Source: Acidimicrobiales bacterium (GTDB lineage: Bacteria > Actinomycetota > Acidimicrobiia > Acidimicrobiales > CATQHL01). From it: DNA of 64,000 nucleotides. Each line of letters starts with the position of its first letter. Position 1 is the first letter of the stretch. Shown one piece after another: positions 39,491 through 49,400 of this stretch. The position numbers and the translations under genes were made by a program. The notes under the pieces were generated by a model. The model was not told the origin of the DNA. It ran no database searches and saw nothing but the letters and a program-made list of their open reading frames with translations. The stretch lies in contig OZ251507.1 of assembly GCA_965242895.1 (NCBI GenBank), positions 2,592,286 to 2,656,285 of the forward strand, in the 5' to 3' direction.

Positions 39491-39971
39491 AGCTTTTGTT
39501 CTCCGCCCCGGCGCACTTGGAGCAGTGTCCGATGGCATCCACGGTGTGATGGTTCACACTGAAGCCGTGCTCGGCTGCCACCGCTGCTAGACCCTCGGCG
39601 ATGGCGGTCTCAACTGAAGGGGTCAGCACCACGTCGGTCACTCTGTCGCAGGACACACAGATGAGATGGTGGTGGTGCTCTCCTAGGTGTTCGGCCAGTT
39701 CGAAGTGAGACCGCTTGGCGCTGACCGCTAGTCGAAGCACCACCCCGGCCTCTTCCAGCACGGCCAGGGAGCGGTAGGCGGAACTCTGCGAGAGGCTTTC
39801 GCAGCGCTCCAGCATTCTGGTGATGGTGATGGGCTGACCCGCCGACATCAAAGCAGAGACGACCTCCCGCAGGTTCGCCGTGTAGCGCCGCTCGCGAGCC
39901 CGCAGGGCGCTAGCGACTTCGTCGTGGATCGGGTTTTCGGTGTGCGGGTTTTCGGTGTGCGTGTCGGTCAT
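39489..39971 (-). CDS. zur: Fur-family metalloregulator, probably Zur
   Basis: YTANLREVVSALMSAGQPITITRMLE (wHTH), HHHHLICVSCDRV and a C-terminal HCSKC are Fur-family metal sites. Start chosen at MTDTHTENP (ATG 39971). The ORF-track upstream extension looks non-coding. Confidence 0.75.
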   Translation of the reverse strand: MTDTHTENPHTENPIHDEVASALRARERRYTANLREVVSALMSAGQPITITRMLERCESLSQSSAYRSLAVLEEAGVVLRLAVSAKRSHFELAEHLGEHHHHLICVSCDRVTDVVLTPSVETAIAEGLAAVAAEHGFSVNHHTVDAIGHCSKCAGAENKS

Positions 39972-40273
39972 ACTGCTGAGGTTGGTGAAGGAGGGTCGAC
40001 TTTGAAGAAGCCTCGCCGGAGCGTCCCGGCGAATGTCGGCGAATGCCACCGGTGCGTCCGGCGAATGGCCGTTGTGGTGGCAGGATAGGCAGGGTGCTGC
40101 GTCGCCGCGAATACCGGAGGCGAGCATTTCGCTGCCCAGCCGTTGTGGTGGCAGGGGTAGGCAGGGTGTTGCGTCGTGCTGTGTTTGGTGGGGCGTTGTT
40201 GTTGTGGGCGGTCGTTGCGGGTGCCGTTGTGGTGGCAGGATAGACAGCGTGCTGCGTCAGTTTCATCAAATAT

Positions 40274-42094
40274 TTGCCCACGCCTCCGATGACGGACGCA
40301 TCTGAGCAGGGTCGATTCAGCAGTGCTCAGGCGCAGCCGACAGCGGGATGTGCCTCGGATCAATCTGGAGCGTCCTTTTCTTCTCTTCAAGCTTCCGCCG
40401 ATCCCGCAGTTGATCAGGCAGCTGATCCCGCAGCCGATCTTGTAATCGATCACGTAGTAGATCATGTAGTAGATCACGTTGACGTAGCGGCCAAGCGCTC
40501 TGGCCGCAGCCTGAAGTGGGAGGTCGACGAGCGGGTCGGCGGCCAGGGGGAGGATCTGGACGCCAAGTGGGGCGGCGAGCAGGGGAACGAGTGGGACGGC
40601 AGCCGGATGGATGAGGGGGACGCTAGGTGGAGTGGCGAGCAGGACGGCAGTCGGGGGGACGAGCAGGGGGATGAGCTGGACGCCAGGTGGGTCGGCGGCC
40701 AGGGTGGAGAGCAAGGCGCCAGCCAGGGGATCGACGCGGGCGGTCCCGCTGGGGTCTGTAGTACTGCTGATCCTGGCGCGGCGGGCGGCGTCCCCGACCT
40801 CCCCAGTGAGGTTCAATCTGCGCCTGAGCCGCTTGGCCAGGTCGAGGCTCACCCACTAGATGGCCAGGTTTTCGCTTCTGGTCCGCCTACTGGCCCGTCT
40901 TCTGGTCCGCCCTCTGGCCCGTCATCTGGCTCGCCCACTGATTTCGACCGAGAGGCTGTCCTCCCGCCCGTCCTCTCTGCTGCCGTCCCGCCCGTCCTCC
41001 CTGACGTCATCCCTGCCTGGATCGCCGAGCACGACCTGGGGCCTCCGCAAGCCGTGCGCAGCGCCCTACGACGACTAGCGGAGTTGCCGGACGTGGGATA
41101 CACCCGACGCTCCGAGGAACTGGGACGGGCATTCGCTGCCTGGGCGGGCGGGCGCTACGCCTGGCGGCCTGATCCCGACCTCGTAGTTCCCACCTCGGAC
41201 GTGCTGCAAGGCATCTGGGCATGCGTGAGCGCCTTCTCCGAGCCTGGCGATGGGGTGGTGCTGTCGCCCCCGGTTTATCCGCCGTTCTTTGATGTGTGCC
41301 CTAGCCTGGGGCGGAGCGCCTACCTCTGGCCGCTCCGGCGGTCGTCCGACGGATGGCTTCACGACACGGACGAACTCGCCGACCTGCTGGCGGCCAACCC
41401 CGACTGCCGTGTCTTGCTGCTCTGCAGTCCGCAGAACCCCACCGGAAGGGTCTACGACCTCGGGAGCCTGGAGCGGATAGTCGGCTTGGCCGCTGAGCAC
41501 GACTTGGTGGTCGTCAGCGACGAGATACACGCCGACCTGGTGTATCAGGGTTTCCGGCACCGCCCGTTCTTGAGCGTTCCTGGGGCGGCGGAGCGCTCGG
41601 CGGCGCTTTTCTCACCGGGCAAGAGCTTCGCTGTCTCCGGCCTGCGAACCGCCGTGGTGGTCTTCGGCAGCGAGGAAATGCGCGCCCGCTTCACGCGGCG
41701 GATGCCGCGTCACCTGCTGGGTGACGTGAGCCGAGCTGGCAGCGAGGCGGCGATTGTCGCCTGGGAATCCTGCGAGAACTGGCTGGACAGCCTGCTCGAG
41801 CTCCTGGGCGGCCACAGACGTCGCATCGGCGAGGTTTTGGCGGAGTTCCCCGAGGTCGTCTATCACCCTCCTGAAGCGACCTTTCTGGCTTGGCTAGACC
41901 TCTCGCGCACCGGCCTTGGGCACGACCCGGCCGAGACGCTGCTGCGGGAAGCACGCCTGCGCCTGTCCCCTGGGGGCGAGTTCGGCGACGGCGGAGCTGG
42001 GCACGTGCGGCTCAACTTTGGCACCTCCAGCGCTTTGCTGGAGGAAATGCTCAGGAGGTTGACGGCTTTGTTCAATGCCTCCGCTGGCGAGTGA
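40274..42094 (+). CDS. PLP-dependent aminotransferase class I/II, PatB/MalY-like C-S lyase
   Basis: The C-terminal ~390 aa include VVLSPPVYPPF, LLCSPQNPTGRVY, LVVVSDEIHADLVY and the PLP-lysine context SPGKSFAVSGLR. The N-terminal ~210 aa are low-complexity repeats, so the true start is uncertain. Confidence 0.75.
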   Translation: MPTPPMTDASEQGRFSSAQAQPTAGCASDQSGASFSSLQASADPAVDQAADPAADLVIDHVVDHVVDHVDVAAKRSGRSLKWEVDERVGGQGEDLDAKWGGEQGNEWDGSRMDEGDARWSGEQDGSRGDEQGDELDARWVGGQGGEQGASQGIDAGGPAGVCSTADPGAAGGVPDLPSEVQSAPEPLGQVEAHPLDGQVFASGPPTGPSSGPPSGPSSGSPTDFDREAVLPPVLSAAVPPVLPDVIPAWIAEHDLGPPQAVRSALRRLAELPDVGYTRRSEELGRAFAAWAGGRYAWRPDPDLVVPTSDVLQGIWACVSAFSEPGDGVVLSPPVYPPFFDVCPSLGRSAYLWPLRRSSDGWLHDTDELADLLAANPDCRVLLLCSPQNPTGRVYDLGSLERIVGLAAEHDLVVVSDEIHADLVYQGFRHRPFLSVPGAAERSAALFSPGKSFAVSGLRTAVVVFGSEEMRARFTRRMPRHLLGDVSRAGSEAAIVAWESCENWLDSLLELLGGHRRRIGEVLAEFPEVVYHPPEATFLAWLDLSRTGLGHDPAETLLREARLRLSPGGEFGDGGAGHVRLNFGTSSALLEEMLRRLTALFNASAGE

Positions 42095-42679
42095 TTGCTG
42101 GTAAGTGGCCGCTGGTAAGTGGCTGTTAGAAAGTGAGCGCAGGCAAGTCACTGCTGGTAGGTGGCCGCTGGGAACTGGCGTTTGACTTTCTGACTAGGCC
42201 TGTTTGCTGGATTGACCTAAGTTTCCTCAGTAGGTGGTGTTTAGTTAGGTAGGCGATAGCCACTTCGTAGCGGCCCGCTCAGTCACAATGCAGGTGGCAG
42301 CGCAGCCTGCGTTGGTCAGGTAGGTGATCTCCACTTCGTAGCGGCGGCTATAGCGAGGTGGAGGTCGATCATCAAGGTCGCAAGCAACCCAGCCGCCACG
42401 TCGACTCGCTTCCTGGTGTTCATAGCGAGGTGGAGTATGGAGGTTTCCCACTTTCGAAGTCGCCGAGGTGTCGTCACTTTGAAGGTGGCGCCCGTCGCGG
42501 GGTAGACGACAAATGGGATTGAGGCATCCCCCTTCTACTAGCACAAGACAGCATCGCCCGGAGAGCCGCGGGGAGGGCGTCGGATGGGATTGGGATGTCC
42601 AAGACCAGGCCGGCTGCCTGGCGTAAATTTCTCGAGGTCGCGGGGAGGGCGTCGGGGGGGTTGGGATGCCCGCTTCCTG

Positions 42680-45274
42680 CTAGCGCAGGGAGCTAGCGCC
42701 CGGGGGAGGCCGCGGGGGAGGTGTCGGCGGGGAGGGATGCGGCGGGCGGGTTTGGGTTGTCCAGTTGCCGTTTTCGGGTGAGTAGGTGAGTTGTTGGTTG
42801 TTGTTGTGCAGCCATCGGTGGTGGTGCCCGCAGATGGCTGCGAGGTTCTCGATGTCGGTTGTTCCTCCTTGGGTGTTCCATTCTTGTACGTGGTGGATTT
42901 CGCATAGGTGCATGGGCGCCTCGCAGAGTACGCAGCCTCCGTCGCGTACCGCGACGGCTAGGCGTTGGTGGTCGTTGGCGAGTCGTCTGCTGCGTCTGAG
43001 CCAGAGGGGCTGCCCGTTGCCTCCGAAGATGATTGATGAGAGTTCAGTGTCTGGACTGAGTTCGCTGAGGATGTCTGGGGGGACCGGTCCGGTTCCGAGT
43101 ATTTCGCATCTTCCGTCGGGGTTGGTGCCGTCGAGGACGCCGATGTCGGCGATTACGACTAATTGGGCGGCGTCCTTCGCCTTGGCCCACTTACGCTCAC
43201 CCTCCCGACCCCCGTTATTCGGAGCGTGCTCACCAGGGGCGGGCGACCAGTTCCCGGGCACGAGCGGCGAGGCGTCTGGATCCTGGCCTGTCCCTGGCTC
43301 TGGGTCGTCAACGCTCCGCCCGTTCTCGGGAATAAGCGGCAGGTCGTCTAGACCTCTGTTGTTGTCTAGACCTCTGTTGTTGTCTTCGTAGTCGTCTAGA
43401 TCCCTATTGCCGTCGTCTGATTCTCGGTTGTTCCGACCAGGTTCGCTCTCAGTGTGTCCAGAGGGTACGCCGTCGTCGGTGCCGCCAACTCCGGCGTTCT
43501 CCGAACCTGGGGGCGTGTTTTCAGTGTCGGTGGGGTGAGGGTCTTCGATGCTGTTGCCATCTGATGTTCCGTTGTTCCGGCTGGGTTCGTTCCTGTTTTG
43601 GTTTGGGGACGTGTTTCCGGTTTCGCAGGTGCGCGCGCCTCTTGTTTTGTTCGAATGCGGCTGCCGGTCAGGGTGCTCTGCTTGCGGCTGCCGGTCGGAA
43701 TGCCCCGGCGGCGCCTGACGAGAAGAGCCCCCCACCGGCGCCCGGCGGCTGGGGCGTCCCTCCTGCGCCCGCTTGGCGGGGCGTCCCCCCTGCGCCCGGC
43801 GGCTGGGGCGTCCCTCCTGCGCCTGCCGGCTGGGGCGTCCCCCCGGCGGTCGGCGGGCGGAGTCATCTGTGTCTGGTCTGTGGGCGGGTGTGGGTTTTCC
43901 TGTGAGGAGTTCGAAGATGGCGTCGCAGCAGCGTTGCTGGGGAGTGCGGCGAGTGTTCGGCTGCCCGTCCCGTCCTCCGTCCTCGCGCCACAGAGAGTCA
44001 GTGTGACGGTCGACGCTCTGGCGGAGGAGGTTGAACGAAATCGGGTCGAACAAAGCCCGGATCACCCCCATCCCCGTGTCGTCCTCGGTGTACAGCGAAG
44101 CCTGCCGCCGCCTGCGCTGCCACTTCAAACGAGCCCGCCCCCTATCTGGAGCGTGCCTGCCCGCGAAGGAGCGTGTCTGCTTGTAGTACTGGTCGATCGG
44201 CGTTTTTTCAGCCGACTTCAGCAGCCGCTCATCGTTGTCTACGGGTTCCGCTCCGCACTCGGCGCTGGCGTCGGCTAACGCCGCGGCGTGTTCGAATGTG
44301 ATCGACCCAGACCGGAGCTTCTCGGACGTGTTCGGCATCTCTTCTAGACGCTTGGCCACGCGCTTGAGCCGGCGGATTTCCCTGTTGGCGAGTTTGGCGC
44401 GTCCGCCGAGCAGATGCACAGCGTCAGCCCCCTTGTCGTCTTTCAGAGTGATCGCAGCCACTGAGCGCAGCAGGTCGGATGTCCGAGTGCGGATGCGGCC
44501 GAGCGTCGTCGACAACCTCTCCAATTCGCTGGGTGTCATCTTTTCCGCAGCCACCCGCCCGAGAACTTCCAACGCCATATCCGCAGCATCCACACCATAT
44601 ACAGGTGGAAGAGCATCCCTAGGTGGGCGGTCGTTTGCTGTGGCTGGGCGGTCGTTTGGTTCCGGTGGGCGGGTGTCTGCTGTGGCTGGGCGGTCGTTTG
44701 GTTCCGGTGGGCGGGTGTCTGCTGTGGCTGGGCGGTCGTTTGGTTCTGGTGGGCGGGTGTCTGCTGTGGCTGGGCGGGCGTCTGACGGGGCTGGGAGGGT
44801 TCCCGTTATCTCCTGACGAATTCCGCTACCGGATGAGCATCCCCCTTCACGCCGTCCACTCTCGGTGGCGTGAGCTGGGGCTGGGGTTGAGGGGTTCGTG
44901 TTCTGGCCGAAGTCGACTGCAGGTCGTCGACCCTCGGCGGCGTCTATTGGATGTGCTCCGTTGGTCGTTCCGCCGGCTGCGCCTTGCTGTGTCAGCGCAT
45001 CCTCTGCAGGAACTCCGTTCGGGTACCCGATGTTGGTCGTTCCGCCGTCTGCGCCTTGCTGTGGGAGAGTCCGCAGAGCGACCCGCCCCTGACCGGAGAG
45101 TTCGTTGGTCGTTCCGCCGTCTGCGCCTTGCTGTGCATGGCCTTCGCTGCCGCTGATTATGTCTGCTGCTGCGCCGGCCACGTATTTCTTCAGTGGCTGC
45201 TCCTTTCCCTGGTAGAGGGGAGTTTTTCTCATAATTTCAAGAGTATCAGGGGGGTGTGACAATGATAGATGCAT
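42680..45274 (-). CDS. DUF222-type HNH endonuclease with large internal tandem-repeat expansions
   Basis: The HNH core is CVLCEAPMHLCEIHHVQEWNTQGGTTDIENLAAICGHHHRWLH. The DUF222-like middle region includes IRRLKRVAKRLEEMPNTSEKLRSGSITFEHAAALA. Repeats are ATADTRPPEPNDRP x3 (42-bp units, nt ~44625-44790) and 24-aa QQGA.GGTTN units (72-bp period, nt ~44960-45150). Confidence 0.8.
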   Translation of the reverse strand: MHLSLSHPPDTLEIMRKTPLYQGKEQPLKKYVAGAAADIISGSEGHAQQGADGGTTNELSGQGRVALRTLPQQGADGGTTNIGYPNGVPAEDALTQQGAAGGTTNGAHPIDAAEGRRPAVDFGQNTNPSTPAPAHATESGRREGGCSSGSGIRQEITGTLPAPSDARPATADTRPPEPNDRPATADTRPPEPNDRPATADTRPPEPNDRPATANDRPPRDALPPVYGVDAADMALEVLGRVAAEKMTPSELERLSTTLGRIRTRTSDLLRSVAAITLKDDKGADAVHLLGGRAKLANREIRRLKRVAKRLEEMPNTSEKLRSGSITFEHAAALADASAECGAEPVDNDERLLKSAEKTPIDQYYKQTRSFAGRHAPDRGRARLKWQRRRRQASLYTEDDTGMGVIRALFDPISFNLLRQSVDRHTDSLWREDGGRDGQPNTRRTPQQRCCDAIFELLTGKPTPAHRPDTDDSARRPPGGRPSRQAQEGRPSRRAQGGRPAKRAQEGRPSRRAPVGGSSRQAPPGHSDRQPQAEHPDRQPHSNKTRGARTCETGNTSPNQNRNEPSRNNGTSDGNSIEDPHPTDTENTPPGSENAGVGGTDDGVPSGHTESEPGRNNRESDDGNRDLDDYEDNNRGLDNNRGLDDLPLIPENGRSVDDPEPGTGQDPDASPLVPGNWSPAPGEHAPNNGGREGERKWAKAKDAAQLVVIADIGVLDGTNPDGRCEILGTGPVPPDILSELSPDTELSSIIFGGNGQPLWLRRSRRLANDHQRLAVAVRDGGCVLCEAPMHLCEIHHVQEWNTQGGTTDIENLAAICGHHHRWLHNNNQQLTYSPENGNWTTQTRPPHPSPPTPPPRPPPGASSLR

Positions 45275-45392
45275 ATATAAATTGCTTTTAATCCCAAAAA
45301 ATGACTTTAAAAGCAGATAACTTGAGAAAGTATTTATATGTAGACAGATTTATATGCTGACAGACAGCCTGAGTGCCAGAGCAGAGGACTTC

Positions 45393-45840
45393 GGGCGTGG
45401 AGCAAGTTGAGGTTGGGGGAGTGGTGCGTGGGGGTCGAGAGGTGGCGCCGGCGGAGGGCGGCTTTGGGCGTGGAGCAAGTTGAGGTTGGGGGAGTGGTGC
45501 GTGGGGGTCGAGAGGTGGCGCCGGCGGAGGGCGGCTTTGGGCGTGGAGCAAGTTGAGGTTGGGGGAGTGGTGCGTTGAGGTCGGTGGGTGTCGTCGGCGG
45601 AGAGGCGGCTTTGGGCGGGAAGTGATTGAGGTTGGGGGGAGTGGTGCGTTGAGGTCGGTGGGTGTCGTCGATGCTCAGAGGGCTGTGGGCGGGGAGCAAC
45701 TTGGGTGGGGGAGTGGTGCGTTGAGCTTGAGAGTGGCGTCGGCGGTCAGGTGGCTTTGGGGCGGGGAGCAACTTGGGTGGGGGGAGTGGTGCGTGGGGGT
45801 CGCCGAGTGGCGTCGGCGGACAGACGGCTTCAGCCAGAGA
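45393..45840. repeat. Minisatellite, ~73-bp unit x 6-7, G-rich on the + strand
   Basis: Units begin GGGCGTGGAGCAAGTTGAGGTTGGGGGAGTGGTGCGT at 45393, 45466 and 45539, then degenerate at 45613, 45687 and 45758. The first three units are nearly identical. The period is not divisible by 3. Confidence 0.9.
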
Positions 45841-46065
45841 TCAAATAAATTCGGAGGAACGATACACAGCACCTAACGTCGAACACAGCACCTGCCGTCA
45901 AACTGAGCACCTAACGTCAATTGGTTTTCAGAGGGTTTTAACACATAGTTTCCCCTGTCAACTCGAGGTTGGGAGGTGCCTCAGAGGACGGAACTGATTG
46001 ATCCTCACTGGGTGACATTCACCGGTTCCCCTGTCAACTCGAGGTTGGAGGTGACTCAACGGGGT

Positions 46066-46455
46066 GGAAAGTCTTGCATACGATCCCCAAGATTCAAGGA
46101 CGCAGTCCGTCAGGCGCAAGCGCCTGTTGGCCAAGATTGGAATCTTGCACACGATCCCGAAAATTTAGGGCAACACCTCCACGCCGCTAGAGGACATCAT
46201 CATGGTGGAGTCTGGCACACAGTCCCCAAAATTTACGTTCGAAGCTTGGAGGGCGCTGAAGGCGACGACGTCTGTCGGAAAGTCTTGCATAAAGTCTCTG
46301 TCGTTACACCAGCAGGCGTTATCAGTAGTTCACGGCGACGATGCCTTTGAAAAGTCCCGCACACGCTCCCGACAATTTAAGGTCGGCGGTCGTCAGATGA
46401 GCAGCGTCAGCGGCGTCGTCGGAAAGTCCCGCACACGCTCCCCAAATTTAAGGAC
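46066..46455. repeat. Degenerate ~71-73-bp periodic array (6 units) sharing a ~35-nt core
   Basis: The core GGAAAGTC(T/C)(T/C)GCACACG(A/C)TCCCCAAA(A)TTTAAGG occurs at 46066, 46138, 46207, 46277, 46348 and 46421. The last unit overlaps the menB stop codon. Confidence 0.8.
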
Positions 46456-47650
46456 GCCTTGGAAACTGGCTGAAGTCGGGCGGGGTCTTCTTGACGTAGC
46501 TGTCGCGCCCGTGCTGAGCCTCCTCGCTTAAGTAGTAGAGGAGGGTGGCGTCGCCGGAGAGTTGCTGGATGCCGGCCAGTCCGTCGTCGGCAGCGTTCAT
46601 GGACGCCTTCAGCATTCGCAGCGCCAGCGGCGAGTGTTCCAGCATCCGCCGGCACCATCGCATCGTCTCTTGTTCGAGTTCTTCGAGGGGAACGACGGCG
46701 TTCACCAGCCCCATGTCCAGCGCTTCGGAGGCGTCGTACTGAGCGCACAGGTACCAGATTTCTCGCGCCTTCTTCTGTCCGACGATGCGCGCCATGAGAC
46801 CGGAGCCGTAGCCGCCGTCGAAAGAACCGACCCGCGGCCCGGTCTGGCCGAAGACGGCGTTATCGGCGGCGATGGTGAGGTCGCAGACGAGGTGCAGGAC
46901 GTGCCCGCCGCCTATGGCGTAGCCGGCCACCATCGCCACTACGGGTTTGGGTGTGCGGCGTATCTGAACCTGCAGGTCGAGCACGTTGAGCCGCCCGATG
47001 CCCTTGCGGGCGACCTCGTCGCTGCCGATGTATCCGTCGTTGCCGCGGATGCGCTGATCTCCGCCGGAGCAGAAAGCCAGGTCGCCCGCCCCGCAGATGA
47101 TCACAGCCCCGATCCGATCGTCGTCGCGGGCGCTCGACATGGCGTCGGAAAGTTCGAAGAGGGTCTGCGGGCGGAAGGCGTTGCGGGACGCCGCTCGACA
47201 GATGGTGAGTTTGGCGACCCCCTCGCTGGTGGCATAGGAGATGTCGCCGTAGCCGCGGTCGTGAACCTGCCAGTCGGCGCCCGGGCGGATGAGGCTCTGC
47301 TCGGGGCTTTCGAAGCCGCGTGGTCGCGCCCGCCGGAATGATCTGTCGTAGGGGGTTCGGGCGTCGGGGTGCGTAGCGGGGTCGGCGGGCGGGTGCGTTG
47401 CGTCCGCGGCGTCGGCGGGCGGGGCGTCGGCGGAGGCCGGGTTCGTGGGGTCGACGGGCGGAGGGGCGCTGGCGTCCGGGTGACTGACGGGCGTGGCGTC
47501 CGCGGCGTCGACGGGCGTGGTGTCCGGGTGCGTGGGGTCGGCGGGCGGCGCGTCCGCGGCGTCGGCGGGGTGCGCGGCGCCAGCGTCCGAGGGACTGCGC
47601 GGGGAGGGTGAGGCAGTTGGCGGAGGATGGGAGTCGGCGGGTTGTGTCAT
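46448..47650 (-). CDS. menB: 1,4-dihydroxy-2-naphthoyl-CoA synthase
   Basis: The crotonase-fold core includes [50 protein letters not shown], and [38 protein letters not shown]. The N-terminal ~95 aa are a Pro/Ala/Asp low-complexity extension, so the start is uncertain. Confidence 0.9.
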   Translation of the reverse strand: MTQPADSHPPPTASPSPRSPSDAGAAHPADAADAPPADPTHPDTTPVDAADATPVSHPDASAPPPVDPTNPASADAPPADAADATHPPADPATHPDARTPYDRSFRRARPRGFESPEQSLIRPGADWQVHDRGYGDISYATSEGVAKLTICRAASRNAFRPQTLFELSDAMSSARDDDRIGAVIICGAGDLAFCSGGDQRIRGNDGYIGSDEVARKGIGRLNVLDLQVQIRRTPKPVVAMVAGYAIGGGHVLHLVCDLTIAADNAVFGQTGPRVGSFDGGYGSGLMARIVGQKKAREIWYLCAQYDASEALDMGLVNAVVPLEELEQETMRWCRRMLEHSPLALRMLKASMNAADDGLAGIQQLSGDATLLYYLSEEAQHGRDSYVKKTPPDFSQFPRRP

Positions 47651-47987
47651 TGTCGGTTCCTAGCGGTTGGTTGTTTGAGCGGTTCTAAGAGGTCTTGTCC
47701 TGACATTTCCTAGCTGATTTTGGCGGGAGAGTGATGAGCAAGCCGATGTGCGGCTGGCGGGTGCTGCCCTGCCTTGTTCTGACAGTTGCAGCATTTCCTA
47801 GCGTTCCGCAGCGAGAGTGGATGCCTGCTGCAAGCTGAGCCGCTGCTGCGGACGCCGCTGCTGCGGACGCCGCCCCCGCCGCAAGCTGAGCCGCCGCTGC
47901 TGCGGACGCCGCCGCTGCCGGCGCATAGGAGCGGTCTGGGGCTGGCGATCTACGACGTCGCCAAGGTTCACCACGCCGCCGCTGCCG

Positions 47988-49400
47988 TCACAGCCGCCGC
48001 ATGGGAGCGCTCGCTCGGAGTGCTCGGAGGGGATCGACTCCGAGCCCGGGGCCTGACGGCACGACGAGGCTGCCGTTCACCGACAGCGGAGGTTCACAGA
48101 GGTCTGCGGCCAGCAGGTCGGCGGTTCCCAGACCGACGGCTGTGCCGCTTCCCAGGGCGGCTGCGAGGTGCAGGGCAGTGGTGAGCCCGACGGCGCTTTC
48201 CAAGGCGGAACTGATCACGACTTTTGTGCCCGCTGCGCGCAGGGCCGCTGCAGCGGCAGAGAGTTCTGTCACAGCGCCGAGGACGGAGGGTTTCAGCACA
48301 GCCGTGTCCACCCCCAAGGCGGAAGGGGTCGGCGGGAGCGTCTCGGCGTCCGTCTGGGAATCCCTGAGCCCCAGGGTCGTCTGCGTGGGAATGGAGAACT
48401 CCGGCAACGGGGTCGCGGCGTCCGTCTGGAAATCCCTGAGCCCTAGGAGGTCAGACAGCGGCGGCAGGCTCTCGTCGACGGCCAGCGGGACGGGGGAATC
48501 GGCCTGCAGCAGCCTGATCTCCTCCAGACCTCTGCAGGGTTCTTCGACGAACTCCGGCCGGTATTCGGCCAGGGCTTCGAGTCTGGGGAGAGCCTCAGCC
48601 GGACTCCAGGCGCCGTTCAGGTCGATGCGAATGTTTGCGGAGGAGCCCACGGCGGATCGCAGCGCCGCCACCCGCTCCAGGTCGTGTTCGAAGGGGTTGA
48701 AACCCGCCTTGAGCTTGAAGGTCGTATATCCAGCCGAGTGCGCTCGACGGGCTTCGCAGGCGACTGACTCAGCGCTCTCGCCGTCGAGGAGAACGGCAGT
48801 AGGGACAGAAAGAGGCGACGTGGGCGTCGTGGGTGCTGCGGAAGGACGGGGCGACGGCTGCCGGGTCGCTGAGTTTGCCCCGTCGTGTCCAGGCGCCGGA
48901 TACGCCGGATACGCCGGTGTGAGGTTTGCGGAAGGACGGGGCGACGACCGCCGGAGGAACTCAAACAGGGGAATGCCCAGCTGCTTGGATGCGAGGTCGG
49001 CCAGCGCCCCTCCAGCGGCGGCCCAGGCGCAGGGAGAGTGCCTTAAGCACGTTCTGGCGCGGGTCAGCAAAGCGTGGAGGCTGCCGTCGAAGGATTCGAC
49101 GGACAGCCATTTTTCCAGACCTGCGATGGCTCCGGTCAACTCCTCGGTGCTGCGCCCCGGCAGGGGAACGGCTTCCCCCCAGCCGCTGGCGCTGGGGGCG
49201 CCGAGGTCGGCGCCTTCGAGGATTTCGGGCGAGGTGCTGCCGCTCCACCCTGCGCTCGAGCCTCCGACGGCAAGCTGCAGCAAGACCCCTCGACGGCTGC
49301 GGATCGTTCCGCTTCCGGTCACCAGCGGGCGCTTCAGCGGAAGTTCGTACTCGAACAACGCAGCGTTCAGCGCCCCGAGTTCGATGGCGTGCAGGTTCAA
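47988..49400 (-). CDS. menC: o-succinylbenzoate synthase (enolase superfamily)
   Basis: The motifs FKLKAGF, IRIDLNGAW, FVEEP and LAVDESL occur in the expected order, and the gene sits in the men cluster. The TTG start overlaps the menD stop (TTGA). It contains low-complexity insertions. Confidence 0.75.
   Translation of the reverse strand: MNLHAIELGALNAALFEYELPLKRPLVTGSGTIRSRRGVLLQLAVGGSSAGWSGSTSPEILEGADLGAPSASGWGEAVPLPGRSTEELTGAIAGLEKWLSVESFDGSLHALLTRARTCLRHSPCAWAAAGGALADLASKQLGIPLFEFLRRSSPRPSANLTPAYPAYPAPGHDGANSATRQPSPRPSAAPTTPTSPLSVPTAVLLDGESAESVACEARRAHSAGYTTFKLKAGFNPFEHDLERVAALRSAVGSSANIRIDLNGAWSPAEALPRLEALAEYRPEFVEEPCRGLEEIRLLQADSPVPLAVDESLPPLSDLLGLRDFQTDAATPLPEFSIPTQTTLGLRDSQTDAETLPPTPSALGVDTAVLKPSVLGAVTELSAAAAALRAAGTKVVISSALESAVGLTTALHLAAALGSGTAVGLGTADLLAADLCEPPLSVNGSLVVPSGPGLGVDPLRALRASAPMRRL

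Noticed and set aside
42245-42544. A 99-aa minus-strand ORF with repeated PPRY motifs in the gap between the aminotransferase and HNH genes.
   Set aside because: It has no start context or family signature, and it sits in a region of ~72-bp duplications (42568 and 42640) and GCTGGTAAGTGGC repeats. The evidence is insufficient to call a gene.
45393-46455. Regularly spaced repeats that look like a CRISPR array at first glance.
   Set aside because: In 45393-45840 the units are contiguous, with no unique spacers. In 46066-46455 the inter-core segments are themselves degenerate copies. No cas genes or leader are present. The ~73-bp period with a ~35-nt core is only superficially CRISPR-like.
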